Source: a virus
Taxonomy: Duplodnaviria; Caudoviricetes
Direction: 5' to 3' (one strand)
DNA: 64,000 nucleotides
Virus record (IMG/VR): IMGVR_UViG_3300020450_001133
Each line of letters begins with the position of its first letter. The first letter of the stretch is position 1. Below the pieces are notes generated by a model that was given only the letters and a program-made list of their open reading frames with translations, was not told the origin of the DNA and searched no databases. Below are positions 54,090-64,000 of the stretch, piece after piece. Both the position numbers and the translations under genes were made by a program.

Positions 54090-56395
54090 TATATTTTACA
54101 ACTCTCGCAATCATCATCTTCTAGTAATGGTGAAACATTACCAGACTCTATAAACTGCACTTGGGCAGTTTCTTCTTTGTTAATATCTATCTCACCTTGT
54201 CCATCGTGAGTATTATTATAGTATAATTGTTTACCACCATATTTATAAAACATTACTAGGTGTTGTAACAACATACTCATAGGCACTTTCTCATCTTCGA
54301 AGTGCTCTGGATTGTATGATGTATTTACCGAAATACCCTGGTCAATGTACTTTTGAAGAATGGACATTATCTTCAAATACCCTTCAGGTGACTTCTGTTC
54401 CCAAAGTAAATCATACTTGTTTTTCAATCTTGGAAAACCTGGTACTACTTGTTTTAACACACCATGTTTGCTTTGCTTAATACTAACATAACTTCTTGGT
54501 GGTTCAATACCATTTGTACTGTTACTAATCTGTGCTGATGTTTCTGCAGGCATCAATGCCATTAACGTACTATTTCTAATACCAGTTTCTTTAAGTTGTT
54601 TTCTTAAACTTTTCCAGTCAGCACGTTCTTGATGTTTTACTAATTCATCAACATCTTTCTTGTATGTCTGATTAGGAGTAATACCCAAACTGTATTTAGT
54701 CTCATCGGACTTAGGACATGCTCCTTTTTCAACTGCCAAGTCTGCACTTGCTTTAATTAAGTAATAACTCCATGCTTCAGTCCAAGTATCTACCATTTCC
54801 AAATTTGGTTCTTGGTATGTGCTATCATTTTTTGCCATCCAATATGCAAAGTTTATGATACCAATTCCTAATGGGCGTCTATTCATTGTGCTAACTCTTG
54901 CCGCTTCAATAGGATATTCTTGGTAGTCCAGAAGTTCATCTAATGCTCTAACAGCCAAATCGCAAACTTTTTCCATTTGCTCTAAACTTTTAATGGCACC
55001 CCAATTAACCGCACTCAAAGTACATAGGCTAATTTCGCCATTAGGGTCATCTATATTTGTTAAAGGTTTAGTTGGCAAATCAATTTCACAACATAAATTA
55101 CTTTGTTTGATTGGGGCAACATCTTCAATGAAAGAACCATGTGTATTAGCATGGTCCACATTTTGTAGATAAATTCTACCTGTGTCTTTTCTTTCTTGAA
55201 CAAAGTTGCTGAAAAGTTCTACTGCTGGTATTGATTTTTTCCTAATGCTAGTTTTTCTTTCTGCCGCTTCATAAACTTCTTTAAACTTATCTTGGTCAGT
55301 AAAGAAAGCATCATAAACTTCTGGTACATCATTAGGGGAGAATAATGTAATATTACCACCTTCAATTAATCTTTCATACATCAATTTGTTAAACTGTACA
55401 CCATAGTCCATATGACGTACTCTGTTATCTTCTGTTCCTTTATTATTCTTTAACACTAGCATATCTTCAATTTCTAAATGCCAAATAGGATAATAAAGTG
55501 TAGCCGCTCCGCCTCTTACACCACCTTGACTGCAAGACTTAACTGCTGATTGAAATAATTTATAGAAGGGGATAACGCCTGTATGTGTTGCATCTCCACT
55601 CCTAATCTTAGAACCAATTGCTCTAATTCTTCCTGCTCCAATTCCAATACCTGCTTTCTGCGATACATATTTAACAATACTGCTACTTGTTGCATTAATA
55701 CTGTCCAAACTATCATCTGTTTCAATAAGTACGCAACTACTAAATTGTCTTTGTGGTGTTCTAACACCTGCCATTACAGGTGTAGGCAAACTAATTAAAA
55801 ACTTACTAATTGCATCATAGTAGTCTTTAATATATTTCATTCTTTTTTCAACAGGATATTTTGCAAACAATGTTGCGGCAATCATCATATATGCAACTTG
55901 TGGTGTTTCAAATATTTCACCTGTTGCTCTATTTTGTACTAGATACTTTCCACGGAACTGTTCCATAGCCGCATAAGTAAGATATTCATCTCTGCTATGG
56001 TCTATATAACTTTGTAATTCATTAATATCATCTTTAGTAAACAACTCTACAAATTCAGGGTCATAAAATCCTGCATCAATATTGTCTTGAACAATATCAC
56101 ATAAGCAAGGTGGTGTAAATGTATTATATACTTGCTTACGCAAATGATAGTTAATTAATCTACCTGCTACATATTGATAGTTTGGTGTTTCTTCTGATAT
56201 AAGGTCTGCGGCACTTTTAATAAGTGTTTCTTGAATGTCTTCTGTTTTAATTGAATCAAAGAATTGAATTTGTGAATTTATCTCTACTTGTGAAGCACTT
56301 ACACCAGTAATGTCCTCACAAGCATACATAACGACTTTATGCAATTTATCAATGTTTAAATCTTCTAGTCGTCCGTCCCTTTTCTGTACCTGCAT
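54089..56395 (-). CDS. nrdA: Ribonucleotide reductase class Ia alpha subunit with ATP cone
   Basis: VQKRDG, SSCVL, QGGVRGG, SNLCCEI, LMPAETS, KQLYY, CESC; start reassigned to MQVQKRDG. Confidence 0.97.
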   Translation of the reverse strand: MQVQKRDGRLEDLNIDKLHKVVMYACEDITGVSASQVEINSQIQFFDSIKTEDIQETLIKSAADLISEETPNYQYVAGRLINYHLRKQVYNTFTPPCLCDIVQDNIDAGFYDPEFVELFTKDDINELQSYIDHSRDEYLTYAAMEQFRGKYLVQNRATGEIFETPQVAYMMIAATLFAKYPVEKRMKYIKDYYDAISKFLISLPTPVMAGVRTPQRQFSSCVLIETDDSLDSINATSSSIVKYVSQKAGIGIGAGRIRAIGSKIRSGDATHTGVIPFYKLFQSAVKSCSQGGVRGGAATLYYPIWHLEIEDMLVLKNNKGTEDNRVRHMDYGVQFNKLMYERLIEGGNITLFSPNDVPEVYDAFFTDQDKFKEVYEAAERKTSIRKKSIPAVELFSNFVQERKDTGRIYLQNVDHANTHGSFIEDVAPIKQSNLCCEIDLPTKPLTNIDDPNGEISLCTLSAVNWGAIKSLEQMEKVCDLAVRALDELLDYQEYPIEAARVSTMNRRPLGIGIINFAYWMAKNDSTYQEPNLEMVDTWTEAWSYYLIKASADLAVEKGACPKSDETKYSLGITPNQTYKKDVDELVKHQERADWKSLRKQLKETGIRNSTLMALMPAETSAQISNSTNGIEPPRSYVSIKQSKHGVLKQVVPGFPRLKNKYDLLWEQKSPEGYLKIMSILQKYIDQGISVNTSYNPEHFEDEKVPMSMLLQHLVMFYKYGGKQLYYNNTHDGQGEIDINKEETAQVQFIESGNVSPLLEDDDCESCKI

Positions 56396-56435
56396 GTGTT
56401 TTCCGTATTTGTATCTATGTTTTAGTTTAAGTATC

Positions 56436-56464
56436 ATTATACAACAGAATGTTGAATAAGTCAA
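56436..56464 (-). promoter_or_regulatory. sigma70-type promoter of nrdAB
   Basis: TTGACT-17-TATAAT. Confidence 0.78.
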
Positions 56465-56890
56465 TTAAATTAAAGGTATGAGTAAATCTTTATAATCTAT
56501 AAGTGTTATGTACAAATCATCGGATTCAGCAAGTGACACTGAACGTTCTGGATTAAGGTTATACATTCTCCCATTTGTTATAAAAACTGCACCATCGTTT
56601 CCTGTAACATGATTACTTATCACTTTCCATTGAGTTTCGGTTGGATTTAGGAAGTTTAAATGCCCTAATGTTTGGTACAAAAGAATGGCTATTCCTGTTG
56701 CACAAAAGTAACCTTCTTCCACTATTGTAAAAGGATTGGGCCAAGTTTTGGGAGTCCAATAATCTAGATATCTAGGTAGGATTTTTATTTTGGCAAACTG
56801 TTCTAAAACGTCCTGTTCTGTTTCAGCATTTTGTCTTAGTTTTCGCCACTGAATAATCCGGCTTTCTGCCGTTGTGTGTTGTTCGAACAT
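56465..56890 (-). CDS. Conserved jumbo-phage protein (WPNPF motif)
   Basis: 141 aa, directly after the large structural gene. Confidence 0.55.
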   Translation of the reverse strand: MFEQHTTAESRIIQWRKLRQNAETEQDVLEQFAKIKILPRYLDYWTPKTWPNPFTIVEEGYFCATGIAILLYQTLGHLNFLNPTETQWKVISNHVTGNDGAVFITNGRMYNLNPERSVSLAESDDLYITLIDYKDLLIPLI

Positions 56891-56899
56891 TTTTAATTC

Positions 56900-59563
56900 T
56901 TAGGATTTCCATCTTCTAACAATGTATTTCATTACTACATTACTTGTAGCAGGTTGAATACTATTATTTGCAGTAATGTTTACAGTATTAGAACCTGGTG
57001 CCATACTAGCATTAAATTGTATATTTCCTGATACAGTAGTAACATTACCACTTACGTTAGAAGTATCTGCGATTTCAGATGATATATCTTGTATAGTAAC
57101 TGCTCCATTGGATTGTATATTACCACCACCTGCATCAAATCTATCTGCATTTTGATTACCAATGTAACTTAATGTACCAACTCTATTATAAAACAATGTA
57201 ATATTTGAATCATTAGGATCCAAAGTTTGTCCTGTTAATGAATAGTCTACAAATACTGTATCATAAACACTTGTATCTGTGCCTAATGCTGTTAATAGAA
57301 CATTACTGTTAGAACCAATTGTTAATTGCTGTGGTTGTGTAAATGTTGTTACAGCCTGACCTGCTTCTTGTGAAGCAGTTGTTAAGAGTTCGATATTTGT
57401 TTTTATTGTAGCAAGTCCTCTTTTATCTGGATTTGAGGACCTAAAATAAAGTTTGTTTACTAGTTCTGCAAAGTTACCTGCTTCATCACTGCTTGTAAAA
57501 TCAATCTCTGCATTTGTTGTATCTAATGAAATACCAAAACTGTTAAAAGTTTCTGTTCCATAAACATCATTAATATATGCATTTGTAATAATGTTTACTT
57601 TTTCATCAGCAAGAACACGTTTTAACCAAGTTTCTAATTTAGCCTTAACTGTATGACTTGCTCTTGTATAATAACCTGGTAAAATACCCATAGCATTCCA
57701 AGTATTTGTATCTGCTTGTGGGTCGTCAAACAATCTATATTGCGATTGGTCATTACTGTAAATGTATGCTTCATCATTTACATCTGGTTTAAGACTCATC
57801 CTAATCCATTGTTGTTTACTATTAATCTCGCCAATTGCACCACTTAATGTGCTTTTACCTGACAAGTCTAACATATAACCTGCTGTTACTGTAAGTCCGT
57901 CTGCTTCTACAATATTACTTAATACAGGACTTAAATTACCTGTTACATTAGCCGTTACCGCAGAACTAACTGGAATAAAGAATGCATTTTGTGATGGTGT
58001 ACCTTGTACATCAGTAGATGTACTTGCACTTATACCACCTACAGCAGTATCAAATGTTACATTTGTTGTTCCTGGTACTCCATGACTTGCACTAAAAATT
58101 TGTACATTAGCACCAGTATTATCTGTACCATAGTTTATGTAATCTAAATCACTGTTAATTGCAACTGTTACACTTGGTTCTGTGACTGTAAAGTTACCTG
58201 TTCCAACTGATTGAACTTGATAAATGTTATCAGTATCATTAAATTGCGTATTGTTGCTACCTATAAATCTAACAAAATCATTTGTTGTTAATCCATCAAC
58301 ATTACCTGTTACTGTGACTGTACCACTTGCCGCTACACCTGTTGTAACTGCTCTTGATGTTTGGAAAGCATTTGCTGGAACATCAATTGTAAAACTTGTT
58401 CCTGTGCTATTTGCTTTTACAGGTAATAGTTTTCTGTGTAGATAGTGTGGAGTATTTACAACTGAAAAACTACCACCTTTTGCTTTACCTTCAAACCACA
58501 CATAACTATTGTATCCTGTAGAGTAATCTATATTTGCAGTATCATATTTTGTTAATACTAATGAGTCAGCACCCATATCAACTGTAATTTCTCCTGATGC
58601 CACTGTGGCATTTGCTGAAATACCAGCATATACATTTCCTGAAGAAGCATCAACTGAGAATAAACTTGGATCTTGACTGTCTTTTACTGCAACAACTTTT
58701 CCTAATGAAACATTTGCTACATTGGCAACACCTTGCCCTTCTGCAACAACATCAATATGTTTTGTTTCTAATCCAATAAATCCAGTACCAACTTGTTCGT
58801 TTACTACAACATATTCTGAATTTAGATATCTATAACTTGGTATAGACATATTTGCATGGAAGCCTGTAACTGCGGCTCCACTGGCAATAACTGTATTTGC
58901 TATTGTATGGTTTACATGTGAATTACCGTAATATGTAACTGCTATATCTTGTGAATTTGTAGGTGCTGTTCTAAAGAAAATATTGTGGTCACTATTTGCA
59001 TTACTACCTGTTATAAAGTTGTAATCAAAAGATGTATTTACTGTTGCACCTGTACCACTGCTATCACCTTTTTGTTTAACACCATCTATTAAAACTGTAA
59101 CATCATCAGCATCAAAGGCTACACCAGTTTGATTATGTTTGATAAAGTCATTTCCTGAAACAACTGGATCAAACACATCTCTATTAATAGTATTTCCACT
59201 TCCATCTACAATACCTGCATTTACTGTAATATTTGTATTAGCAGTCCAAGATTGGCTTTTGCTAACACCGTCAAATGTTGCAGAACCTTTTGGAAATCTA
59301 ATATGAGGAACTGTAAATTTTACAATTTGATTATTTGCTAATGATAATGCTCTTGCTTGAGCACCTAATGTATTTTCTAAATATACTGATTTATTAAAAG
59401 TTTTACTAATGCTATCGTCTGTATCAGCACCAATATATACTTGTCTGCTGTCAGTAGCAAATCCAATTTCACCAGGACGCAAAGGTTGAGGTAAATCTTG
59501 TTTCAAACCTCGCCTTTGCTGTATTCTACTAATTATTACTTTTAAATTTGCTTCATCTGACAT
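56900..59563 (-). CDS. Large virion structural protein (tail/baseplate-associated)
   Basis: N-terminal ISRIQQRRGLKQDLP..GEIGFATDSRQVYIG; T/S/N/G-rich beta segments; late-type GATAAATA upstream. Confidence 0.72.
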   Translation of the reverse strand: MSDEANLKVIISRIQQRRGLKQDLPQPLRPGEIGFATDSRQVYIGADTDDSISKTFNKSVYLENTLGAQARALSLANNQIVKFTVPHIRFPKGSATFDGVSKSQSWTANTNITVNAGIVDGSGNTINRDVFDPVVSGNDFIKHNQTGVAFDADDVTVLIDGVKQKGDSSGTGATVNTSFDYNFITGSNANSDHNIFFRTAPTNSQDIAVTYYGNSHVNHTIANTVIASGAAVTGFHANMSIPSYRYLNSEYVVVNEQVGTGFIGLETKHIDVVAEGQGVANVANVSLGKVVAVKDSQDPSLFSVDASSGNVYAGISANATVASGEITVDMGADSLVLTKYDTANIDYSTGYNSYVWFEGKAKGGSFSVVNTPHYLHRKLLPVKANSTGTSFTIDVPANAFQTSRAVTTGVAASGTVTVTGNVDGLTTNDFVRFIGSNNTQFNDTDNIYQVQSVGTGNFTVTEPSVTVAINSDLDYINYGTDNTGANVQIFSASHGVPGTTNVTFDTAVGGISASTSTDVQGTPSQNAFFIPVSSAVTANVTGNLSPVLSNIVEADGLTVTAGYMLDLSGKSTLSGAIGEINSKQQWIRMSLKPDVNDEAYIYSNDQSQYRLFDDPQADTNTWNAMGILPGYYTRASHTVKAKLETWLKRVLADEKVNIITNAYINDVYGTETFNSFGISLDTTNAEIDFTSSDEAGNFAELVNKLYFRSSNPDKRGLATIKTNIELLTTASQEAGQAVTTFTQPQQLTIGSNSNVLLTALGTDTSVYDTVFVDYSLTGQTLDPNDSNITLFYNRVGTLSYIGNQNADRFDAGGGNIQSNGAVTIQDISSEIADTSNVSGNVTTVSGNIQFNASMAPGSNTVNITANNSIQPATSNVVMKYIVRRWKS

Positions 59564-59624
59564 TATTGTAATCCCATACGTTTATGTATGTATTTATCAT
59601 TTTATCAGAAATGTGAAGTGCTAT

Positions 59625-60647
59625 TTAAAGTTGGGTAACTAATCTTCCAAACTTTTTATTAGAATCTGTATCGTAAATAAAGAATTGGTCTATATATTGT
59701 TGTGGCATAGACTCAATGCCTTGATAAATTTGGTATTGAGGGGTGAGTTTTTCATAATGTTTGTCAACAAAGTCTAAGTATTCTTGTCTCCATTCCTCTA
59801 CATCAAATCTCCAAGAGCAACCATGTATATGTGCATCTTTGTGAATTATAGATTGTATATTAGGGCCTAACACATTTAATTTATTATTGTATGTTTTCAT
59901 AGCACCACATAAACATAGATGAGATTGTTGGTTTAATTTTGTTAATGCTATAAGCATTCTTTCAGAACATACGTTTGCATGATAATAATCTATACCATTA
60001 GGGAAAGCATTTTCGAAAACTTTACTAATTTTTGCTATTCCTCCTTGTGCTGGTAATAGTACTCCTATGCCACCAATATTATCTATATAATCTACTTTTT
60101 CTTGTGTTGATGTAATACCGTAAACTGTTAATCCATCTGCAACTGCCATTTGAACAAACAGTTGTCCTACTCCACCTGTAGCACCATCTATAACAACAAT
60201 GTCACCAGGGTTTGGATTTAATACTTTCTTTAAAGAATAATATGCTGTGATTCCTACTAATCCATATATAGAAAGATAATCTAGTATTTTATGATTGCCA
60301 GGTATGATTCTTGTGTATTCATTGTCATCTAATTCACTTAGAACTGTATGTGTTCTCCAACCGTGCCTATGTATTATGTTTGAGCCTACAGAAAATTTAG
60401 GATTTTTACTTTCGATTACTGTGCCAACAGCATCACCTTGAATAGGTTGTTTAGGTTTTGTGTTAAAGGGTTCTGCAATCATAGTACCCATTGTGGATCT
60501 AATATATGGGTCTGTGCTACAATAGATATTTTCTATTAATATTTCGCCGGATTGTAGTTCAGGTATTTCTACATCTACAATTTCGAAATCTTCTACTTTT
60601 ATTTTTCCTTCTATAGGATTAAGTATTCTAACTTGTTTTGAAATCAT
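59625..60647 (-). CDS. NADP-dependent alkenal/one oxidoreductase (MDR, prostaglandin reductase-like)
   Basis: STDPYIR, GLVGITAYY, DGATGGVGQ, GIDYY, CGA. Confidence 0.82.
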   Translation of the reverse strand: MISKQVRILNPIEGKIKVEDFEIVDVEIPELQSGEILIENIYCSTDPYIRSTMGTMIAEPFNTKPKQPIQGDAVGTVIESKNPKFSVGSNIIHRHGWRTHTVLSELDDNEYTRIIPGNHKILDYLSIYGLVGITAYYSLKKVLNPNPGDIVVIDGATGGVGQLFVQMAVADGLTVYGITSTQEKVDYIDNIGGIGVLLPAQGGIAKISKVFENAFPNGIDYYHANVCSERMLIALTKLNQQSHLCLCGAMKTYNNKLNVLGPNIQSIIHKDAHIHGCSWRFDVEEWRQEYLDFVDKHYEKLTPQYQIYQGIESMPQQYIDQFFIYDTDSNKKFGRLVTQL

Positions 60648-61315
60648 CCGAATTTACTGTAATACTCTTCGAGTCTTTGTGTCCAAAGGTCGCAATACAT
60701 TTCAAATCTTGCTCCTTCAATAATAAACTCTTTGAGTTTTACATCTCTACTTACCATTAGTATAACACCTTTTTTTATGTCTGTGCCATACATCTCGTTG
60801 TGTGCTAATGCATAAGCACAACATTGTAAATAGTAATCTTCAATCCATTCTTCTTTTTTAATTTTCTTACTTGTTTTAAAGTCAATGATTGCGTCTTCAC
60901 CATTATGTACACCGACACAATCAGTTGTGCCTGCATATAGTCCTGGTGCAATAAGTCCTATTTCAGTACCCCAAACTTCATCTACATTAGCAAAACCTTC
61001 GTTAATCATAAGTTCACTCATATCTTTTGCCATAACACTTACCATGTTATTTCCAAATTCAACTGTCTCACCCAGTATATATTTTTCTATTGCATTGTGA
61101 ACTTTTGTGCCTAATCCTGCACTTTCTTTACTAACTCTATTTGCTTCTTGTTCACCAACTCTTTTACGCCAGGCAATAAGAGCAGTTTTGTCTGAAGTTT
61201 TATCCAAAATAGTTGTTACACTAGGAACTGGTATATTGTCATCTCCAACATACTTTCTTCCTTCTGCAGTTGTAACTCTTTCTAATTTTTTATATTGTAT
61301 TTTTTCTATGAGCAT
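60644..61315 (-). CDS. PD-(D/E)XK exonuclease
   Basis: PSVTTIL, GTKVH, YAGTTD, IIDFKTS, QCCAYALA. Confidence 0.88.
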   Translation of the reverse strand: MLIEKIQYKKLERVTTAEGRKYVGDDNIPVPSVTTILDKTSDKTALIAWRKRVGEQEANRVSKESAGLGTKVHNAIEKYILGETVEFGNNMVSVMAKDMSELMINEGFANVDEVWGTEIGLIAPGLYAGTTDCVGVHNGEDAIIDFKTSKKIKKEEWIEDYYLQCCAYALAHNEMYGTDIKKGVILMVSRDVKLKEFIIEGARFEMYCDLWTQRLEEYYSKFG

Positions 61316-62010
61316 TTTATTTGAGGTTCCAAGTTTTGCATGTATGTTGCAAAGTTTTTTTGTGTTTTATTTCCAAAATGTTGATTATCCGATGCTTTGT
61401 CTATAATTAATTTTTTATGATTCCTTAAAAATCTTACACTATTTGAATTAACATATTTTAGTTCAATATTTTCTTTTTCACAAAAATATGATAAATGATT
61501 GATTTCCCTATTATTATAGTACATTTTTGTATCTAAGTCAATGTATTTGTAGTTCTTAAGTGCTCCTTCATTAAATGGAATAAGTGCATAATCTTTACCG
61601 TTTTTAAATACTACTAATCGTTCAGCATGTGGACAAAACAACATAAGTTTTTTGAAAGGTTTTTCTTCATATATTGCTTTTGCAATATCTACCATGTCAT
61701 ATATAGAAGCACCTGGTATACCTGCATTGTAGCAGTTTTCTATATGCCAGGGCCAAGGTGTAGAACACCCAGAACCAAATGTATGACTACAACCTACAGC
61801 AAGTGTATAATCATCGTCATATTCATCTAACTCTTTTCCGTCTACTGTTCTGTGCCATAGGCTATTCATAAAGTATTCATTGTCGTTTGACTTGTCACCA
61901 AACATATTTTTATGAACAACTCTTCTTTCGTAAAATTTTTTTGATAAGTTTTCGTAGAGATTTTCTTCAGTTCTACGCACAATATTTTCCATTACCGATA
62001 GGATACTCAT
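61306..62010 (-). CDS. SGNH/GDSL-like hydrolase
   Basis: AVGCSHTFG, NAGIPGAS, DNQHFG. Confidence 0.55.
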   Translation of the reverse strand: MSILSVMENIVRRTEENLYENLSKKFYERRVVHKNMFGDKSNDNEYFMNSLWHRTVDGKELDEYDDDYTLAVGCSHTFGSGCSTPWPWHIENCYNAGIPGASIYDMVDIAKAIYEEKPFKKLMLFCPHAERLVVFKNGKDYALIPFNEGALKNYKYIDLDTKMYYNNREINHLSYFCEKENIELKYVNSNSVRFLRNHKKLIIDKASDNQHFGNKTQKNFATYMQNLEPQIKCS

Positions 62011-62029
62011 GCAACTATTTATTTGTGGG

Positions 62030-62392
62030 TTATACTAATCCAGGATCTTTTACGGCATCTAATGCCTGGTCTTGTGCCATTGCGGCTACATCAGTTCCTG
62101 TTTCTTCTTCGCCTTCTGGTCCGGCATCTTCGGGCTCTGCCATATCATTTGGTATTTTGCCTTTTGGTGTAATAGAATCTTTATCAATAGCAGTTACCAA
62201 ATCCATTTGTTCTAATGCAGATTTTAGTTCTTCAAAACTCAATAGAAAACCATCAAGTGATAATGATTTTCTAAATTCTTCTGTGGGGATTTCGTTTACG
62301 TCTGAACCTAAGTATTGTGCAAGTCTGTCTTTAATTGCTAATTCGAGTTCATCAAAATATGCCTCCAGTAGTAATACTTCGGCTATTTTCAT
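62030..62392 (-). CDS. Acidic late protein
   Basis: MKIAEV..LEA start; late-type motif nearby. Confidence 0.55.
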   Translation of the reverse strand: MKIAEVLLLEAYFDELELAIKDRLAQYLGSDVNEIPTEEFRKSLSLDGFLLSFEELKSALEQMDLVTAIDKDSITPKGKIPNDMAEPEDAGPEGEEETGTDVAAMAQDQALDAVKDPGLV

Positions 62393-62394
62393 TT

Positions 62395-63681
62395 TTAAAC
62401 TCCTGCGTCGACTACTGGATCTGCTGGTACTTCGCCGGCTGGTTCTACTTCTGCTCTACCTAGTGGTTCTTCTTCTGGTCCTGCCGCCGCTGGTACATTA
62501 TCAACTGGAGCATCAACTGGTACTTCAGCATCAACTGGAGCATCCATAGGAGCACCTGCGTCTGCTAGTGAACCCATTCCTGTTAATTGTCCTACAACTG
62601 CATCAACACCATCTTTACCTACTTTGTTTGCATCTAATAGTGCTTGTAAAGATTGTTCCATTTGGTCTTTAATTTGACCTGCTTGGTCAACTCCAAACTC
62701 GGCAACCATTTGGTCTGCTATTGCTGGAATGTCTTCATTTACCATACGACCAATTCTTTCAATGTGATTTTGTACATCATCTGCTAATGCTCTGATTGCC
62801 ATAACAACTTCTGCTTGTTCAACTTCAACTTCTTCTGCAATCATATCATCTACAATGTCATCAAACATTTTGCTTTCTTTCTTTGCTTGTGATTTTTCAT
62901 CTGAAGTATCGCCAGATACTTTGTAAGTTTTGCCATCTACTTCAAACTCTTTTTCGCCTTTTTCAATAGCATCTTGTCTAGCACCTGTAAATTTGTTTTG
63001 CTCTCCAATTTTTGCACCAAACATTTGGATACCTGGAGTAATGCTGTCTAGTTCTAAACCATTTAAGAAACCTACAACTGCATCTCTGCTTTTTCCACTT
63101 ACGTTAGCAAATGTTCCAAGTTTTTCTTCAATAGCATCATAGTTTTCTACAGTTTCTAAATCTATACCAACTTCTTTTGCAAGTTCTCTTAATACAGGTT
63201 CATTAATATCAGATTCAATAGATTCTCTATTGCAACTTGACTCGTATGCTTTTGCGGCTTTAATCACTATCGGTAAAACAAATTCATCATCATAAGCATA
63301 TCGGGGGTCTTGTCTATATCTGTTCATGCATTCTGCACATGCTTCATCAACGGTGTATCCACCATCCATTAAGTTTTGTACTTCTGCATTAAGTTCTTGT
63401 CTCATGCCTTCTAGTGCTGGACTATCAGCATATACGCCTTCTTCAAGCATTGTGTCTATGACATCTCTTACACCTAAATACTTTGCGTATTCAGGATCAA
63501 TATTAAATTTTTTGTTAGTGTTTCTAAGTCTGACTACATGCATTTCTGCTTTTTCACGAACTTTTTCTAGTTTGTTTCTTGTATGAAAGCCAGTAACTTT
63601 AACACCATGGTTTTCCTTAAGATAGTTATTCATTGCTTTGATTCTATCTAAAGGTGTTTGATTAAAGTTTGCAATTTTCAT
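62395..63681 (-). CDS. Conserved jumbo-phage acidic structural/scaffold-like protein
   Basis: EEVEVEQAEVVMAIRAL..QNHIERI..; Pro/Asp/Ala-rich tail; GATAAATA upstream. Confidence 0.62.
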   Translation of the reverse strand: MKIANFNQTPLDRIKAMNNYLKENHGVKVTGFHTRNKLEKVREKAEMHVVRLRNTNKKFNIDPEYAKYLGVRDVIDTMLEEGVYADSPALEGMRQELNAEVQNLMDGGYTVDEACAECMNRYRQDPRYAYDDEFVLPIVIKAAKAYESSCNRESIESDINEPVLRELAKEVGIDLETVENYDAIEEKLGTFANVSGKSRDAVVGFLNGLELDSITPGIQMFGAKIGEQNKFTGARQDAIEKGEKEFEVDGKTYKVSGDTSDEKSQAKKESKMFDDIVDDMIAEEVEVEQAEVVMAIRALADDVQNHIERIGRMVNEDIPAIADQMVAEFGVDQAGQIKDQMEQSLQALLDANKVGKDGVDAVVGQLTGMGSLADAGAPMDAPVDAEVPVDAPVDNVPAAAGPEEEPLGRAEVEPAGEVPADPVVDAGV

Positions 63682-63749
63682 TTTGTTTTCCCGATAAAAT
63701 AAATTTGTTAATTGTATTTATCAATTATTGGAAAAAATATGTCAGTTTG

Positions 63750-63986
63750 TTAGTCTAGGTGTGTTGCATGTAACACATTAATACCTAATTTATCTTGTAA
63801 ACAATCTCTTTCGTGTCGTAATTTTGATACAGATATGTCAATTCTTGCTTCAGTTGAGAAGAATTTAACAGTATCTTTAGTGGTTTTTAGTGTATGCTTG
63901 TAGAAAAATAAATCATTCAAATGTTTTTCTATAATAGGTTGGTATTGCCTTAATGTTTCATTAAACTTTTCTATTACTTTAGGCAA
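63750..63986 (-). CDS. Hypothetical protein, possibly 5'-truncated
   Basis: Frame stays open to the window edge. Confidence 0.5.
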   Translation of the reverse strand: MPKVIEKFNETLRQYQPIIEKHLNDLFFYKHTLKTTKDTVKFFSTEARIDISVSKLRHERDCLQDKLGINVLHATHLD

Positions 63987-64000
63987 TTTCTTTTTATTAG

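Noticed and set aside
52989-56464. Introns or inteins in nrdA/nrdB; the longer nrdA start at 56464
   Set aside because: Both ORFs are uninterrupted and of normal length. The upstream extension overlaps the promoter, so the ATG at 56395 is preferred.
60644-61315. Cas4-like nuclease suggesting a CRISPR system
   Set aside because: This is a common phage PD-(D/E)XK exonuclease; I saw no repeat-spacer array or other cas genes in the window.

Overview
AT-rich window (roughly one-third GC by eye) from a large, probably marine, T4-like/jumbo myophage, not a bacterial chromosome. Evidence: dense ATGA-coupled small ORFs, T4-type lysozyme, PAAR spike, SleB hydrolase, Hsp20, NrdAB, a PD-(D/E)XK exonuclease, two tRNAs, near-consensus sigma70 early promoters and (G/A/T)ATAAATA late-type promoters. 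Most genes are on the minus strand; a plus-strand late block spans 25.0-35.0 kb. Host-type cargo is unusually rich. It includes a sufB-sufC-sufD-sufS-sufT Fe-S assembly cluster with intact catalytic motifs, a 7Fe ferredoxin, a ferritin-like protein, peroxiredoxin, pseudoazurin, dihydroorotate dehydrogenase, two tandem fatty-acid desaturases, a GH6 glycosidase and a TorF-like porin. It also carries QueD, UvsE and a translation/proteostasis set (bS21, bL33, peptide deformylase, ClpS, ClpX, Hsp20). Non-coding signals: two near-identical ROSE-type thermometer leaders (before hsp20 and, unexpectedly, pyrD), several candidate structured RNAs (one starting at a predicted TSS ahead of the tRNAs), apparently leaderless early transcripts and a phased DnaA-box-like array. 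The plus-strand block encodes mosaic acidic/basic proteins punctuated by [ILVF]-X-E motifs, consistent with protease-processed internal head polyproteins. All family assignments come from motif recognition by eye; no database searches or folding programs were run.
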